Position numbers and translations under genes: made by a program
Source: a virus
Reading direction: 5' to 3' (one strand)
DNA: 64,000 nucleotides
IMG/VR virus record: IMGVR_UViG_3300023179_000042
Coordinates: 1-64,000 of that record
The notes under the pieces: generated by a model
Seen by the model: only the letters and a program-made list of their open reading frames with translations
What the model was told of the DNA's origin: nothing
Databases searched by the model: none
Shown: in pieces, positions 11,201 through 20,260 of the stretch
How the letters are laid out: every line of letters begins with the position of its first letter
How positions within the stretch are numbered: position 1 is the stretch's first letter

Positions 11201-14200
11201 AGCACTGGTAACAATTTGATCGTTACCGATATAACCATTGCCGCCAATATATAAATTGCCACCAATGCCTACGCCGCCGGTAACAGTTAAAGCGCCTGTA
11301 TTAGTGCTGGTACTATTAGTGGTGCCTACGACTTGAAGATTGGTAATGGTAGCAATGGCCGATTTTAGAGCACCATTAATGATGCCGCCGACCCACAAAT
11401 CCTGCCCAATACCTACGCCGTATGTTACAACTAATGCTCCGTTATTAGGCGCTGTACTATTTGTTGTATTTGTTAATGTTATTACATTATTTGAACTAGC
11501 ACCACGGCTGGTAATAGTCTGAAGTGTGCTTGTATTCCAAATAGTTACGGCACCAGTGCTGGTACTTACAGCGGTATCTGTTCCTGCTGTAATATTAGAC
11601 ACACCATATGTACCTAGCGTAGCTACGGTTATAACACGACTATTACTATCGTATAGCTGATTAGCATATAAGGCGCCACCTACACCTACACCACCAGCAA
11701 CAACCAAAGCACCAGTTTGAGTTGAACTTGCAGCTGTTGTAGGAACTACCGTTAATGCTGTACCGGTACCGTATAACAGTTCAAAACTATTAATCAGTAA
11801 TCGTAGTACACCATTGTAGTTAGTGAACAAAATTGGTTTGCCCGCAGTATTGGTAATTTGAAGAGCTGATGTATTGCTGCCTAAATTATCAAGGACCAAA
11901 CTTGGTATAACGCTAGGATATGTTGAAGTTGTGTTTACATATATAGTAGTTTGATCGCCAATTGTAACTGTACCACCAACTCCAATACCACCAGTTACAA
12001 TCAATGCTCCACTGTTAACATCAGTGCTTGGAGTAGCGTTGGCCAATCTTATTTGACCAGCCACATACATGTTTCTTAAAACACCGACACCGCCACTAAC
12101 AATTAAAGCACCTGTGTCGGTACTAAAACTATTGGTGCCATTAGTTAATGTAATAACCTGATTGGTTGTAGCACCTCTGCTGGTTACAGTTTGTAATGTT
12201 GAATTATTGTAAACAGTTACCAATCCAATGTTAGCGGTAACCACAGTATCTGTTCCAGCAGTCAATGATGTAACAGCATAGTTACTTAATGTATTAACCG
12301 TAACAATTTTACTGTCGCCAATCCATCCTTCATTACTTAGGTATAGAAATTTACTACCAATGCCACCGTTTACAAGTTGAATTGAATTATTAGCAACAGT
12401 TGAAGTGCTATAGTTATTTGAATTAGAAATTACGCTATTAGCGTAGACTGTGCTCCATGGTACAGAAACTGATCCAAGATTATTACCAGTTGATAGTGAA
12501 ACTATTCCACCCGACGATTGCCAATTGCCGGGTGTTCCGCCATCGTAGATCCATTGAGCGAATGTTGACCCATTTGGCCCAATTTCAATACCTGCTCCAG
12601 CGGCAAAACTTGCAGTATTGGTAAGGGTGGCCAAATTAATAACTTTGGTACCAATGTCAACTTCATTACTGTTAATGTAGGTAACAGTTCCGTTAACAGT
12701 TAAATTACCGCCAACGGTTAATCCACCACCGATGGTAGCAGTTCCGCTTACATTAATACCACCGGCAAAGTTTTGTGTTCCGGTATTTGCCGCCAATGTC
12801 GCTGTAGTAACAATTTCAGCACCATTGATGTAACTAGTCTGACCAATGTTTGCTGACCCGGTTACAGTTAAATTTCCATTTACTACAGTGCTACTAGATG
12901 CCGGAGAAATGTTAATATTTCCTGCTGTACTAGAAAGCGCATTACCGCTTAAAGAAAGGTAACCGGTCTGAATGCTAGTTGGCGTAATAATACTATTATT
13001 AACACCGTCGGTAATTATCAACTGATTTGTATTAGTGGTTAATGTTCCGCCGGCGCTGCCAAAAATAATATTTCCAGTACGCTGATTTACATAAAAATAA
13101 TTTCCAACTCTAAAGTCGCCTGATTGATCTACAGTTTGGAAAAATATTTTTCCTCCGTTAGTTTGTGTAACTTCATTGGCCTGGACCGTTAAACTAGCAT
13201 CGTCTGTTAGATCACCCAATGATCCAATGTGACTAAAATTAAAGGCAATCAATTTTAAATCTGTACCAGTTCCATTAGCAATAACGCCTTTATTACCAAA
13301 ACAAGCAGCACTGCCAATACATCTTAATTCAGCACCAAATTGATGATAATCAGCTAAAAGAATACTTGTAGCGGTAGCAGGATTTAATCCGGTTGAATAT
13401 ACATTTTGTGTGCTTGTTGAAGCGTCTTCTGCCGTTTGGAATCCCCATGACGGTCCACTGATATAAACATAATCAGAGGTAGCACTTGAAATAACACCTG
13501 TTGCCAGTGTTGTTCCAGTTGAGCTTTTATAAACTAATGTATCACCTACCGTAAATGTTCCAGACACGCCGCCAAGTCTAATTCTGGTTTTGCCAACGCC
13601 GCCATAACCACTAGCGCCGTATTGAGCATCGATGGCCTTATTAGCAAAATAAAAGAAACCATTTAAAAGTTCTGCTCTGGCACCGTTGGTCATATACATA
13701 CCAGTTGCATTTGGAACAATAAAGGTTACTTCGTTCCACAACATAGCAGGTTCAAGGCTTGTTGGGTCTAGGACGCTGGCATCAATGTAAGCACCATGAC
13801 CGGCATCCCCGGCAGCATATCCATATGGATCAGCTACTGTAGAAGTAGAGCCGTATGTAATTACAGAGACCCGTTCAATATACGGTGATCGTGTTGTAAT
13901 TTTTGCGCCGGAGGCAAATTTAAAAGCATATCCAGGTTTAAAAAATCCGCTTAATGTCAAGTCTCCAATAAAAGTTTCACCGTTTAATAACAAAGCATCG
14001 TTATTTTTTGTTATTGTCGTTGGCTGAATTGTAACTTCTCTTAGACCAGCACCACGTAAACTTACTCCTTGCGGAACAGTCAAAGGAAATATTTCAGTGT
14101 AGGTTCCTGGATCAACAAATACTGTGTCGCCGGATTGAGCCACAGATAAAGCATGTTTAACTGTAGCAAAAGCGCTTATTTGTCTGCGGCCATCATTTGA

Positions 14201-14638
14201 ATTACTGGCATGACTAGCATCCGATACATACCAGACATTACCGTCGTAGTTTAATAAATTATAACCATTTGCAATAACTGTATTGGCTACAGTTAAGGTA
14301 TTGCTAATTGTTATTGGATTGTTGGTTATAGAACCGCGGTCGGTAACACTTTGGAGTGTACTTGTGTTCCAGACAGTGACAATGCCTGTAGTTGTATTAA
14401 TTGCTGTATCTGTGCCGGCATAAATTTTAGTAACAACACCGCCGGTGATATTGGTAGCAGATGTAACAACACCATAAATTAGTCCGCCTACATAAAGGTC
14501 TTGACCAACGCCAAGACCGCCGGCAACAACAACATCGCCGGTTGTAGTACTATTTGCATTTACACCGCCGTTGACAATTAACTTCGAGTCAACTGTTGCT
14601 GTTCCATAGATTCGGGTGCCGCTTTTGAGTTTTGCCAT
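5264..14638 (-). CDS. Giant fibre/appendage protein (3124 aa): N-terminal pectin-lyase-like beta-helix, long Thr/Gly-rich repeat shaft, conserved C-terminal fibre domain
   Basis: VWYVS...NDG...AFATVKHAL...GDTVFVDPGTYTE...GVSLRGAGLR is a typical beta-helix entry motif. There are 15 LQ(S/T)(V/I)(T/S)xRG repeats and many GALxVxGGVGIGG repeats. The C-terminal KSFVIDHP...LRYGSLEGPENGVYVRG...IELPEYW motif is seen at the ends of phage fibre proteins. Confidence 0.8.
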   Translation of the reverse strand: MAKLKSGTRIYGTATVDSKLIVNGGVNANSTTTGDVVVAGGLGVGQDLYVGGLIYGVVTSATNITGGVVTKIYAGTDTAINTTTGIVTVWNTSTLQSVTDRGSITNNPITISNTLTVANTVIANGYNLLNYDGNVWYVSDASHASNSNDGRRQISAFATVKHALSVAQSGDTVFVDPGTYTEIFPLTVPQGVSLRGAGLREVTIQPTTITKNNDALLLNGETFIGDLTLSGFFKPGYAFKFASGAKITTRSPYIERVSVITYGSTSTVADPYGYAAGDAGHGAYIDASVLDPTSLEPAMLWNEVTFIVPNATGMYMTNGARAELLNGFFYFANKAIDAQYGASGYGGVGKTRIRLGGVSGTFTVGDTLVYKSSTGTTLATGVISSATSDYVYISGPSWGFQTAEDASTSTQNVYSTGLNPATATSILLADYHQFGAELRCIGSAACFGNKGVIANGTGTDLKLIAFNFSHIGSLGDLTDDASLTVQANEVTQTNGGKIFFQTVDQSGDFRVGNYFYVNQRTGNIIFGSAGGTLTTNTNQLIITDGVNNSIITPTSIQTGYLSLSGNALSSTAGNINISPASSSTVVNGNLTVTGSANIGQTSYINGAEIVTTATLAANTGTQNFAGGINVSGTATIGGGLTVGGNLTVNGTVTYINSNEVDIGTKVINLATLTNTASFAAGAGIEIGPNGSTFAQWIYDGGTPGNWQSSGGIVSLSTGNNLGSVSVPWSTVYANSVISNSNNYSTSTVANNSIQLVNGGIGSKFLYLSNEGWIGDSKIVTVNTLSNYAVTSLTAGTDTVVTANIGLVTVYNNSTLQTVTSRGATTNQVITLTNGTNSFSTDTGALIVSGGVGVLRNMYVAGQIRLANATPSTDVNSGALIVTGGIGVGGTVTIGDQTTIYVNTTSTYPSVIPSLVLDNLGSNTSALQITNTAGKPILFTNYNGVLRLLINSFELLYGTGTALTVVPTTAASSTQTGALVVAGGVGVGGALYANQLYDSNSRVITVATLGTYGVSNITAGTDTAVSTSTGAVTIWNTSTLQTITSRGASSNNVITLTNTTNSTAPNNGALVVTYGVGIGQDLWVGGIINGALKSAIATITNLQVVGTTNSTSTNTGALTVTGGVGIGGNLYIGGNGYIGNDQIVTSATINTFANKTSVFAGTDTAVNTSTGNITVWNTSTLQSVTGRGATTTNAVYVQNNIFGNAVYDNNNRVVTGVVPSGSTYIGVGSVVSTGTQSSFTIFNLGVQSVTAGDDISVSASTGTVTINGTATLQTVTARGAVTNQAITITSATNSTATTNGALVVTGGIGVGGNGYFGGNLYANGLQVLTSATVNQFSNQTVIYAGTDTAVSANTGTIYIWNTSTLQTVTGRGATTTNAVYVQNNIYGNAVYDNNNRVVTSVVPSGSTYIGIGSLISAGTQSSFTIHNLGVQTITAGTDTVVTASTGTITVYGNATLQSVTGRGSTTNQAVTITNVTASTTTVAANSLYVAGGVGIGSSLYVTGPAVFSNNVIFNGTTTYVFSTNTVYTDNILELHYPTGNGNTWSVNDGKDVGLRFHYYDTQDQNGFLGRDNGTGYLDWISAGVEDNTSTVSGTYGIFRTGGIILTNTTASSSTQTGALTVVGGVGVGGNLYVGGTIFGTISGSITTATNLAGGAAGQIPYQSGVGQTTFSSNLTYSSGTLTVANTTPSSSTQTGAVVVGGGVGIGGALYVNTTSFVAGAQILTTATVNEYANQTFIFAGTDTAVNTSTGNVTIWNISTLQTITNRGATTTNAVYVQNNLYGNAVYDNNNRVVTSVVPSGSTYINIGSLVSTGTQTSFAIFNTGVTTVNGSTYIGVNANTGSVTITNLGVQQVVAGTDITVSANTGSVTVNDASTLQTVSGRGATTTNAISIINQTASLSTGSGALTVSGGVGIGGALYVGTTSFVFGNEIITTATINIYATKTVITAGTDTAVNTSTGNITIWNTGTLQTITNRGATTTNAINITNTSPASSTTTGALIVSGGIGAADIYGVRLFDGNNRVVTTVTPTGGTAIGIASLTSSGPSASFTINNLGVTSAVAGTGITVSASTGAVTISNSGVLSVNGSTYIGVSNTTGNVTLTNLGVQTITAGTDTVVTASTGSVVVYNNSTLQTITNRGASTTNQVSLNNGVNLGSTANTPLNFNGTYSNPNGLFIDVSGATSTPSNSTAYWLNGSYTLTPSVAVTQYYGVNLIPVLNNNTAYTNMYGHYSRIDLGASAAGSISNWYGYVSGNPSKNAGATTTFNNHVGFRAEDPSNITSNNVSGFQSNISAGSGRYNFYAGGSAINYFGGNVGINQSSPIYPLDITGGARLTGILTITNVTTASSTLTGAIQVAGGVGIRGDLWVGGTINGLIAGATSSATSVLITNDTTSSAVHFVTFVSTTGSYAQIKTDGPTGLTYIPQTGFHGIGTGTPIAALDVSGGVRITGITTVTNNLYANALYDNSNRVVTSVTPTGGTAIGIASLASGGTAASFTINNLGVTALAAGTDTVVTASTGSVTVYNNSTLQTITNRGATTNNAVSITNSSVSASTSTGQALLVSGGIGSGPHYASQLFDSGNRVVTSVVPSGSTYIGVGGVVSAGTQSSFTIFNLGVQQVVAGTDITVSANTGSVTVNDASTLQTVSGRGATTNNAISITNSTAASSTQTGALIVTGGVGIGGALFVNTTSYVFGNEIITTATVNLYATKTVITAGTDTAINTSTGNITIWNTSTLQSITTRGATTTNAIYVQNNIYGNAVYDNSNRVVTSVTPTGGTAIGISGLTSTGPASSFTINNLGVTALTAGTDTVVTASTGSVTVYNNSTLQSITNRGATTNNAVTITNATASTSTTTGALIVSGGVGIGGDLNVNGTITAAQLTIQYTTVTTTFVKTDDIISTYNTTNATSTNTGALQVGGGVGIGRDLVVGGNISSNGSVSAGTYLFTQGSGTGGSNAGLILDYSGNVQWQLYPVTTSGRLALTSGGSEWLSVLKTGYVGIGTTNPSYTLQVNGSFAATTKSFVIDHPTRPTHWLRYGSLEGPENGVYVRGRLKDNFVIELPEYWTKLVDPESITVTLTPVGRHQKLYVDKIEDNCVFIGNDNLFGKAIDCFYTVWGERADVEKLVAELPK

Positions 14639-14658
14639 GTTTTATAACCAATATTGAG

Positions 14659-14666
14659 TATTTATT
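14659..14666 (-). promoter_or_regulatory. T4-type late promoter variant (AATAAATA)
   Basis: Upstream of the 3124-aa gene, in the same AATAAATACTC context as the site at 32927. Confidence 0.6.
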
Positions 14667-14686
14667 TGATTCTAAATATTAAGGTT

Positions 14687-14908
14687 TTATGGCAAGATTG
14701 GATCAATTTCGTTAATTTCTTCTTGGACTTGAAGTACTGAGCTGTTTTTATTTGCTCGCATGGCAACAGGAATGCTTGTAACTTCATCAAATTCACCAGC
14801 AAATGTATTGTCTTTTGTAAATGACACAGATGATTGTGTTACCTCGTCAAATTCGCCTGTAATTAATAAGGTTCCTGTTTTTGTTAATCTAATGTTGGTA
14901 CTTGGCAT
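14687..14908 (-). CDS. Small hypothetical virion-associated protein (about 73 aa) with an internal GEFDEVT repeat
   Basis: The ORF track gives 14687-14926. The ATG at 14908 (MPSTNIRL), just after the upstream stop, is the more likely start. GEFDEVT occurs twice. Confidence 0.6.
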   Translation of the reverse strand: MPSTNIRLTKTGTLLITGEFDEVTQSSVSFTKDNTFAGEFDEVTSIPVAMRANKNSSVLQVQEEINEIDPILP

Positions 14909-14912
14909 AATA

Positions 14913-17900
14913 TTAATTGAAAACAAAATCTACACTTTGAGTAGAAGTATTATAGAACATGGTAAAAAATGTACTGAAATTTAAATTATTTCCAACTGTA
15001 ACATTTCCACCTGCGTTTATTGCTCCGTCTACTGACAAAGCATTTGAAGTAGAATTTTGAATATGGACTGAATTAGTAGTTGTTAATCCCCTATCAGTAA
15101 CGCTTTGAAGAGTGCTAGTTACATTTACTGTTACAGATCCTGTAGTATTGCTTAAATTAATATCAGTGCCGCTGTTAAGACTTGTAACACCAATATTTGT
15201 AATAGTGATATTACCACTATTAGTATTAACTGCTATACCAGATCCAGCATAGATAAATGTTTGATTGGCATATTCATTAACAGTAGCAGTAGTTAAAATT
15301 TGTGCGCCATTTACATAAGATGTATTAGCGACATAAAGTGTTCCGCCAATACCTACACCACCAGCAACAATTAATGCTCCTGTTTGCGTATTTGTAGCAG
15401 AAGTTGCGTTAGTTATTGAAATTGCTTGATTGGTTGTGGCACCGCGGCTGGTTACACTTTGAAGATTGCTTGTATTCCAAATTGTAATATTGCCAGTGCT
15501 GGTGTTAACTGCTGTGTCAGTACCAGCAGTAATTGTTGTTTTGTTGGCGTATAAGTTTACGGTAGCACTAGTTACTAAAATATTTCCATTTGCGTAACCA
15601 TTGCCGCCAATCCATAAATCGCCACCTATGCCGACACCACCAGCAACGACTAATGCTCCGGTTTCGGTATTTGAACTTGCCGTAGTATTTGTTAATACAA
15701 TTCCGCCAGTTTTAAACTGTCCGTAAGTACCTTTAAATGTACTTGTTCCATCTTCAATTCCAGAACTGTACCATTCAAGCCATTGACTGTCGCTTGCCAA
15801 GACCAATCCAGCATTGGTATCGTTGGCCAAATAACGGTTATAATAGTGGAACCTGAATCCTATATCTTTGCCGTCATCGGCATTCCATGTATTACCGGGA
15901 GTAGTTGGATAATGTAATTCTAAAATGTTATCTGTATAAACAGTATTAGTACTGAATACATAAGTAGCAGTACCATTAAACAATACATTATCAGTGAATA
16001 CAGCAGGACCTGTTACATACAAACTTGATCCAATTCCAACACCACCAGCAATATAAAGGGCATTAGCAGATAAAGTTGAAGTGCTTGATGCTATATTTGT
16101 AATAGCGATTGCGCGATCAGTTGTAGAACCTCTACTGGTTACAGTTTGGAGTGTACTTGTATTCCAGACTACAACAGCACCTGTACTAGTGTTTATTGCT
16201 GTGTCTGTTCCAGCGGCAATCGTACTGACACCATAAGTTCCTAATGTTGCTTGTGTTACAACACGGCTACCGTTATCATACAATTCGGTAGCATACAAAC
16301 TCCCTCCAACGCCAACACCGCCAGAAACAATTAATGCTCCAGAATATGTATTAGAAGCATTAGTTAAGTTTGTTAACGAGAGAGCATTATTTGTTGTAGC
16401 GCCTCTATTGGTTACACTTTGGAATGTTGAGTTGTTGTAAACAGTTACACTACCAGTGTTTGATGTTACTACTGTGTCGGTACCAGCATATAATGCCTGT
16501 ACACCAATATTAGTAATTGTAATATTACCTGTGTTTGTATTGACACTTATACCTGTTCCGGCAGTAATTACTGTTTTATTGGCATAAAGATTTACAGTAG
16601 CACTAGTTACAATTTCACTACCAAAAATAAACGAAGTTGTGTTTACATATAGGGCACCGCCAATGCCAACTCCGCCATCAACAATTAATGCTCCTGTTTG
16701 TGTGCTTGTAGCAGAAGTTGTGTTGGTTATTAAAATTGCCCGATCGGTAATAGAGCCTCTAGCAGTTACCGTTTGAAGTGTGCTAGTATTCCAAATTGTA
16801 ATATTACCGGTGCTGGTATTAACTGCTGTATCAGTGCCAGCGGTAATTGTTGTTTGATTGGCAAATTGATTAACTGTTGCTGTTGTAAGTGCTAGAGCTC
16901 CGCCAATCGTAACAGTTCCGCCAACATTTAAATTTTTACCAATGCCTACGCCGCCGTCGACTACCAATGTTCCGTTAGTAGTTGAGGTGCTGTCGGTGCC
17001 ATTGGTTAAGTAAATTATATTTGTAGACGAATTACCGGTATCTGTTACACTTTGGAATGTACTGATATTCCAAATTGTAATATCACCTGTGCTGGTGTTA
17101 ACCGCTGTTCCAGTTCCGGCAAAAATTCGTGTTTTACTTGCGTATTGGTTAACTGTTGCTGTGGTTAAAACCAATGATCCACTGGAATAGGCGTTACCGC
17201 CTATCCACAAATCTTGTCCAATACCTACTCCGCCTGTAACAGTAAGAGCACCGGTGTCTGTCCCAGTGGAATTTGTCGATGTGGTTATTGTAACATTGCT
17301 GGCAAAAGTGCTGGTGCCGCCTACACTTAAACTATTTGTAACAGTGGCATTTCCAGAAACTGTAATGTACTGAGTGTTTAAAAATGTTGAAAAGAAATTG
17401 CTAACTGTTCCAACATTGGCTGTAAAGGTATTAAGGCCTGCGGCTCCGGACACTGACAGATTGTTAAGATCTGTTTGTCCCAAGACCGTTAAGTTTGTAA
17501 CTGTGGTATCGCCACCAGTTAAATTTCCAACTTGTGTTAGACCATTGATAACAATGGTAGCAAATGTACTCGATCCAACAACATTGACATTATATAATGT
17601 TAAACCTGTTTCAGTGTTTAGTATAACAAGACTATTAATTGTTGCTGTCTGGGCAACATTTAAATTTCCGCCAATCCAGACATCTTTACCGACACCTACT
17701 CCACCTACAACCTGCAATGCTCCTGTATTCGTGCTTAAGGCATTAGTCGACGATGTGACATTTACGTTTGGAGTACTAAAAGTATTTGTATCCGGATCGT
17801 AAATTAAATTATTGCTAAAGGTAGTTTGACCGGCAGCTTGTTGATAAGGAATTTGGCCCTTAGTTCCGTATCTAATATTTGTAGCTGTACCAGCATAGTC

Positions 17901-19079
17901 AACTGTAATAAAAGAAGTATTGCCCCAATAGGCAGAAGATCCGTTACTAATTAAAACTTGGCCTGGTATACCCGCTGATAAACTTGTTAATTTTCCATTA
18001 ACGGAAATTAAAACACGACCAGATGTTAAATTCCTGGCATATAGGTCGCTGGCATTAACAGATGTACCTGCATACAATGCTTCGCCGATACCGACTCCGC
18101 CGACAACAGTTAACGCACCTGATACTGTATTTGTAGCTGAAGTTGAATTCCAGACTTTAATATTACCAATATCAAAGCCCGAATAGCTGCCTTGAGTGGT
18201 ATAATCTATATTTGGTATGTCAACAAAACCAGCGTCTATGTTGTCTCTTATTACAAATCGGCCAGTTTGATTACTACGACCAACAAACATATGATTGTCG
18301 CCGATGTCGTAATAATGAATTACAAAACCTTTATTAAGTCCATCGGCGCCGCCTAATGGAGTGTTTCCGGGTCCAGAACCAATATCAATAACTGGATCTT
18401 GAATTACAGTACTGGTAGAATCAATAAAAGTTTGTGTACCTTGTACACGAAGATTTCCAGTAATTAAAGCGTCGCCACCTACCAACAAGTCTTTGGTAAT
18501 ACCTACACCGCCTAGTGTAAAAATGCTATTTGAAGCTGTAGCAACTAGGCTACTAGCGGTACTAGCAACATAGAGATTATCACCAACATAAATTCCGCCA
18601 ACTGTGACAATTGATCCATCGCCACCGGGGCCAGCAGCAGTCGATTTTGAAAATAAAACACTGCTTTGAATTATTAAATTACTTGAACTAGTAACTATTA
18701 AAGAACCGTAAAAAGTACTTGTGCCGTAAAAAGTACTGGTATTATTAATTACAAGATCGCCAGCCTCTAATAGGCCAGTGACACCTAATGTAGAAAAATT
18801 AATTGCTCCACTTACATTAAGGTCACCGTCAATAGTTACATCTTGTGTAAATGTTGCCGTGCTTAAAACAGTTAAATTATTTGTAAATGTGCTAGGACCA
18901 TAAATTAAAACTGGTCCGTGTATAGTGGCAGTTGTGCCAATGATTAAATTTTTGGCAACAGCTAGGCCGCCGTTAAATTGACCGGCGCCGTCGTTGTTTG
19001 TTGAACTGGTAACTACTGCTGTGCCTTGGACTTCAAGACCTTCACCAATTACAAAATCTGGTTTAATAGATCCGGCCAT
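14913..19079 (-). CDS. Fibre-like structural protein (1388 aa), paralogous repeats with the 3124-aa protein
   Basis: Six (L/F)Q(S/T)VTxxG repeats and GALxVxGGVGIG repeats. It shares the YTDNILELHYPT...GKDxGxRFHYY cassette with the 3124-aa protein. Confidence 0.8.
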   Translation of the reverse strand: MAGSIKPDFVIGEGLEVQGTAVVTSSTNNDGAGQFNGGLAVAKNLIIGTTATIHGPVLIYGPSTFTNNLTVLSTATFTQDVTIDGDLNVSGAINFSTLGVTGLLEAGDLVINNTSTFYGTSTFYGSLIVTSSSNLIIQSSVLFSKSTAAGPGGDGSIVTVGGIYVGDNLYVASTASSLVATASNSIFTLGGVGITKDLLVGGDALITGNLRVQGTQTFIDSTSTVIQDPVIDIGSGPGNTPLGGADGLNKGFVIHYYDIGDNHMFVGRSNQTGRFVIRDNIDAGFVDIPNIDYTTQGSYSGFDIGNIKVWNSTSATNTVSGALTVVGGVGIGEALYAGTSVNASDLYARNLTSGRVLISVNGKLTSLSAGIPGQVLISNGSSAYWGNTSFITVDYAGTATNIRYGTKGQIPYQQAAGQTTFSNNLIYDPDTNTFSTPNVNVTSSTNALSTNTGALQVVGGVGVGKDVWIGGNLNVAQTATINSLVILNTETGLTLYNVNVVGSSTFATIVINGLTQVGNLTGGDTTVTNLTVLGQTDLNNLSVSGAAGLNTFTANVGTVSNFFSTFLNTQYITVSGNATVTNSLSVGGTSTFASNVTITTSTNSTGTDTGALTVTGGVGIGQDLWIGGNAYSSGSLVLTTATVNQYASKTRIFAGTGTAVNTSTGDITIWNISTFQSVTDTGNSSTNIIYLTNGTDSTSTTNGTLVVDGGVGIGKNLNVGGTVTIGGALALTTATVNQFANQTTITAGTDTAVNTSTGNITIWNTSTLQTVTARGSITDRAILITNTTSATSTQTGALIVDGGVGIGGALYVNTTSFIFGSEIVTSATVNLYANKTVITAGTGISVNTNTGNITITNIGVQALYAGTDTVVTSNTGSVTVYNNSTFQSVTNRGATTNNALSLTNLTNASNTYSGALIVSGGVGVGGSLYATELYDNGSRVVTQATLGTYGVSTIAAGTDTAINTSTGAVVVWNTSTLQTVTSRGSTTDRAIAITNIASSTSTLSANALYIAGGVGIGSSLYVTGPAVFTDNVLFNGTATYVFSTNTVYTDNILELHYPTTPGNTWNADDGKDIGFRFHYYNRYLANDTNAGLVLASDSQWLEWYSSGIEDGTSTFKGTYGQFKTGGIVLTNTTASSNTETGALVVAGGVGIGGDLWIGGNGYANGNILVTSATVNLYANKTTITAGTDTAVNTSTGNITIWNTSNLQSVTSRGATTNQAISITNATSATNTQTGALIVAGGVGIGGTLYVANTSYVNGAQILTTATVNEYANQTFIYAGSGIAVNTNSGNITITNIGVTSLNSGTDINLSNTTGSVTVNVTSTLQSVTDRGLTTTNSVHIQNSTSNALSVDGAINAGGNVTVGNNLNFSTFFTMFYNTSTQSVDFVFN

Positions 19080-19091
19080 TGTTTATTCCTG

Positions 19092-20249
19092 TTAAGGCAC
19101 CATTGAAATTCTTAATACACTTATTACTTTATCGGTTGCTTGATTTGCTGTGAATAATAAGCGTACTACGTCAGAACCCCCTACATTATTAATATCAGCA
19201 GAAAAGTCTCCTAACCAATTACCATTACCTTTACTTGAGATTTTTCCGTACTCTGTGAGATAAACTGTTCCAGTATTCGTTGCCAACAACATAATTTCTT
19301 CGGACTGAAAATTGGCACCAGCGCCTGTGCCTTCGTCAATTTGAATTAGATACTTAGCGGCTCTGAAATCTGTAAGATTGTATTGATCAACAACTGTAGC
19401 TGATTGACTTGAAACTGTTGTCTTAGTACTGTCTATGCTAGCATCTTTAATTTGTACGCTTTCAGCTGTTACTTTACCCCAAGCATTAACATCACCGCCA
19501 ATTCCAACACCTCCTTTGACTGTCAAAGCACCAGTGGAAGTGCTTGTTGAACTTGCGGTATTTGTAATATTAATTCTATTTGTGGTAGTAAATCCACGAC
19601 CAGTTACAGTTTGAAGTGTGGAAACATCATTTACTCTAATATAGTTTGTGCCTGTAACAAAACTAATTGTAATGTCTTGACCGGCGCTTATAACCGCACC
19701 AAATGTTGCTGTTGTTAATACAGGATTGCCTTGAGCATATAAAGAACCGCCGATCCATAAATCGCCGGCGATGCCAACACCGCCACCTACAACTAAAGCA
19801 CCTGTAGTGGTGCTTGTTGCATTAGTTGTTCCTGAAATTACAAGGCTGTTAAGTGTGTTAGCAAATGTCGCCGTTGTCCCATTACTTACAAGAATACTTC
19901 CAGTTGTTCCTATTCCAATAAATTTTGTAACACCGGGCGCAGCTTGATATAATACAGATCCTGTTGAACCGCCACGCACGTTATCTGTAGACGTTGATAA
20001 CGACGCTACACCCGGGCCAACTAAATTACCACCAACAAACAGATCTCCACTAATAATAGTACCGCCAGTTACCTGTAATGATGATGTACTGGTACTTGTT
20101 ATAACAATAGCAGTAGAAGTAACTTCGCCAAATGTTTTATTTGGATCATTATATTTGATCCAGGCAGATCCTGTCCATTGCCAGGTAATTGTACCGATGG
20201 TATATTTGTCTCCTGGGTTTGGATTTGGTGGAAAGTTTAATAATGCCAT
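19092..20249 (-). CDS. Fibre/structural protein (385 aa)
   Basis: N-terminal NFPPNPNPGDKYT...TWQWTGSAW motif, GALxVxGGVGI repeats, and a C-terminal VVDQY...FRAAKYLIQI...YLTEYG domain recurrent in aquatic myovirus structural proteins. Confidence 0.7.
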   Translation of the reverse strand: MALLNFPPNPNPGDKYTIGTITWQWTGSAWIKYNDPNKTFGEVTSTAIVITSTSTSSLQVTGGTIISGDLFVGGNLVGPGVASLSTSTDNVRGGSTGSVLYQAAPGVTKFIGIGTTGSILVSNGTTATFANTLNSLVISGTTNATSTTTGALVVGGGVGIAGDLWIGGSLYAQGNPVLTTATFGAVISAGQDITISFVTGTNYIRVNDVSTLQTVTGRGFTTTNRINITNTASSTSTSTGALTVKGGVGIGGDVNAWGKVTAESVQIKDASIDSTKTTVSSQSATVVDQYNLTDFRAAKYLIQIDEGTGAGANFQSEEIMLLATNTGTVYLTEYGKISSKGNGNWLGDFSADINNVGGSDVVRLLFTANQATDKVISVLRISMVP

Positions 20250-20260
20250 AGTTTATCTCT

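Noticed and set aside
5264-19079. Thr-rich repeats as ice-nucleation or antifreeze proteins
   Set aside because: There is no regular TxT or InaZ-type 8/16/48 periodicity, and the motifs fit trimeric fibre shafts better.
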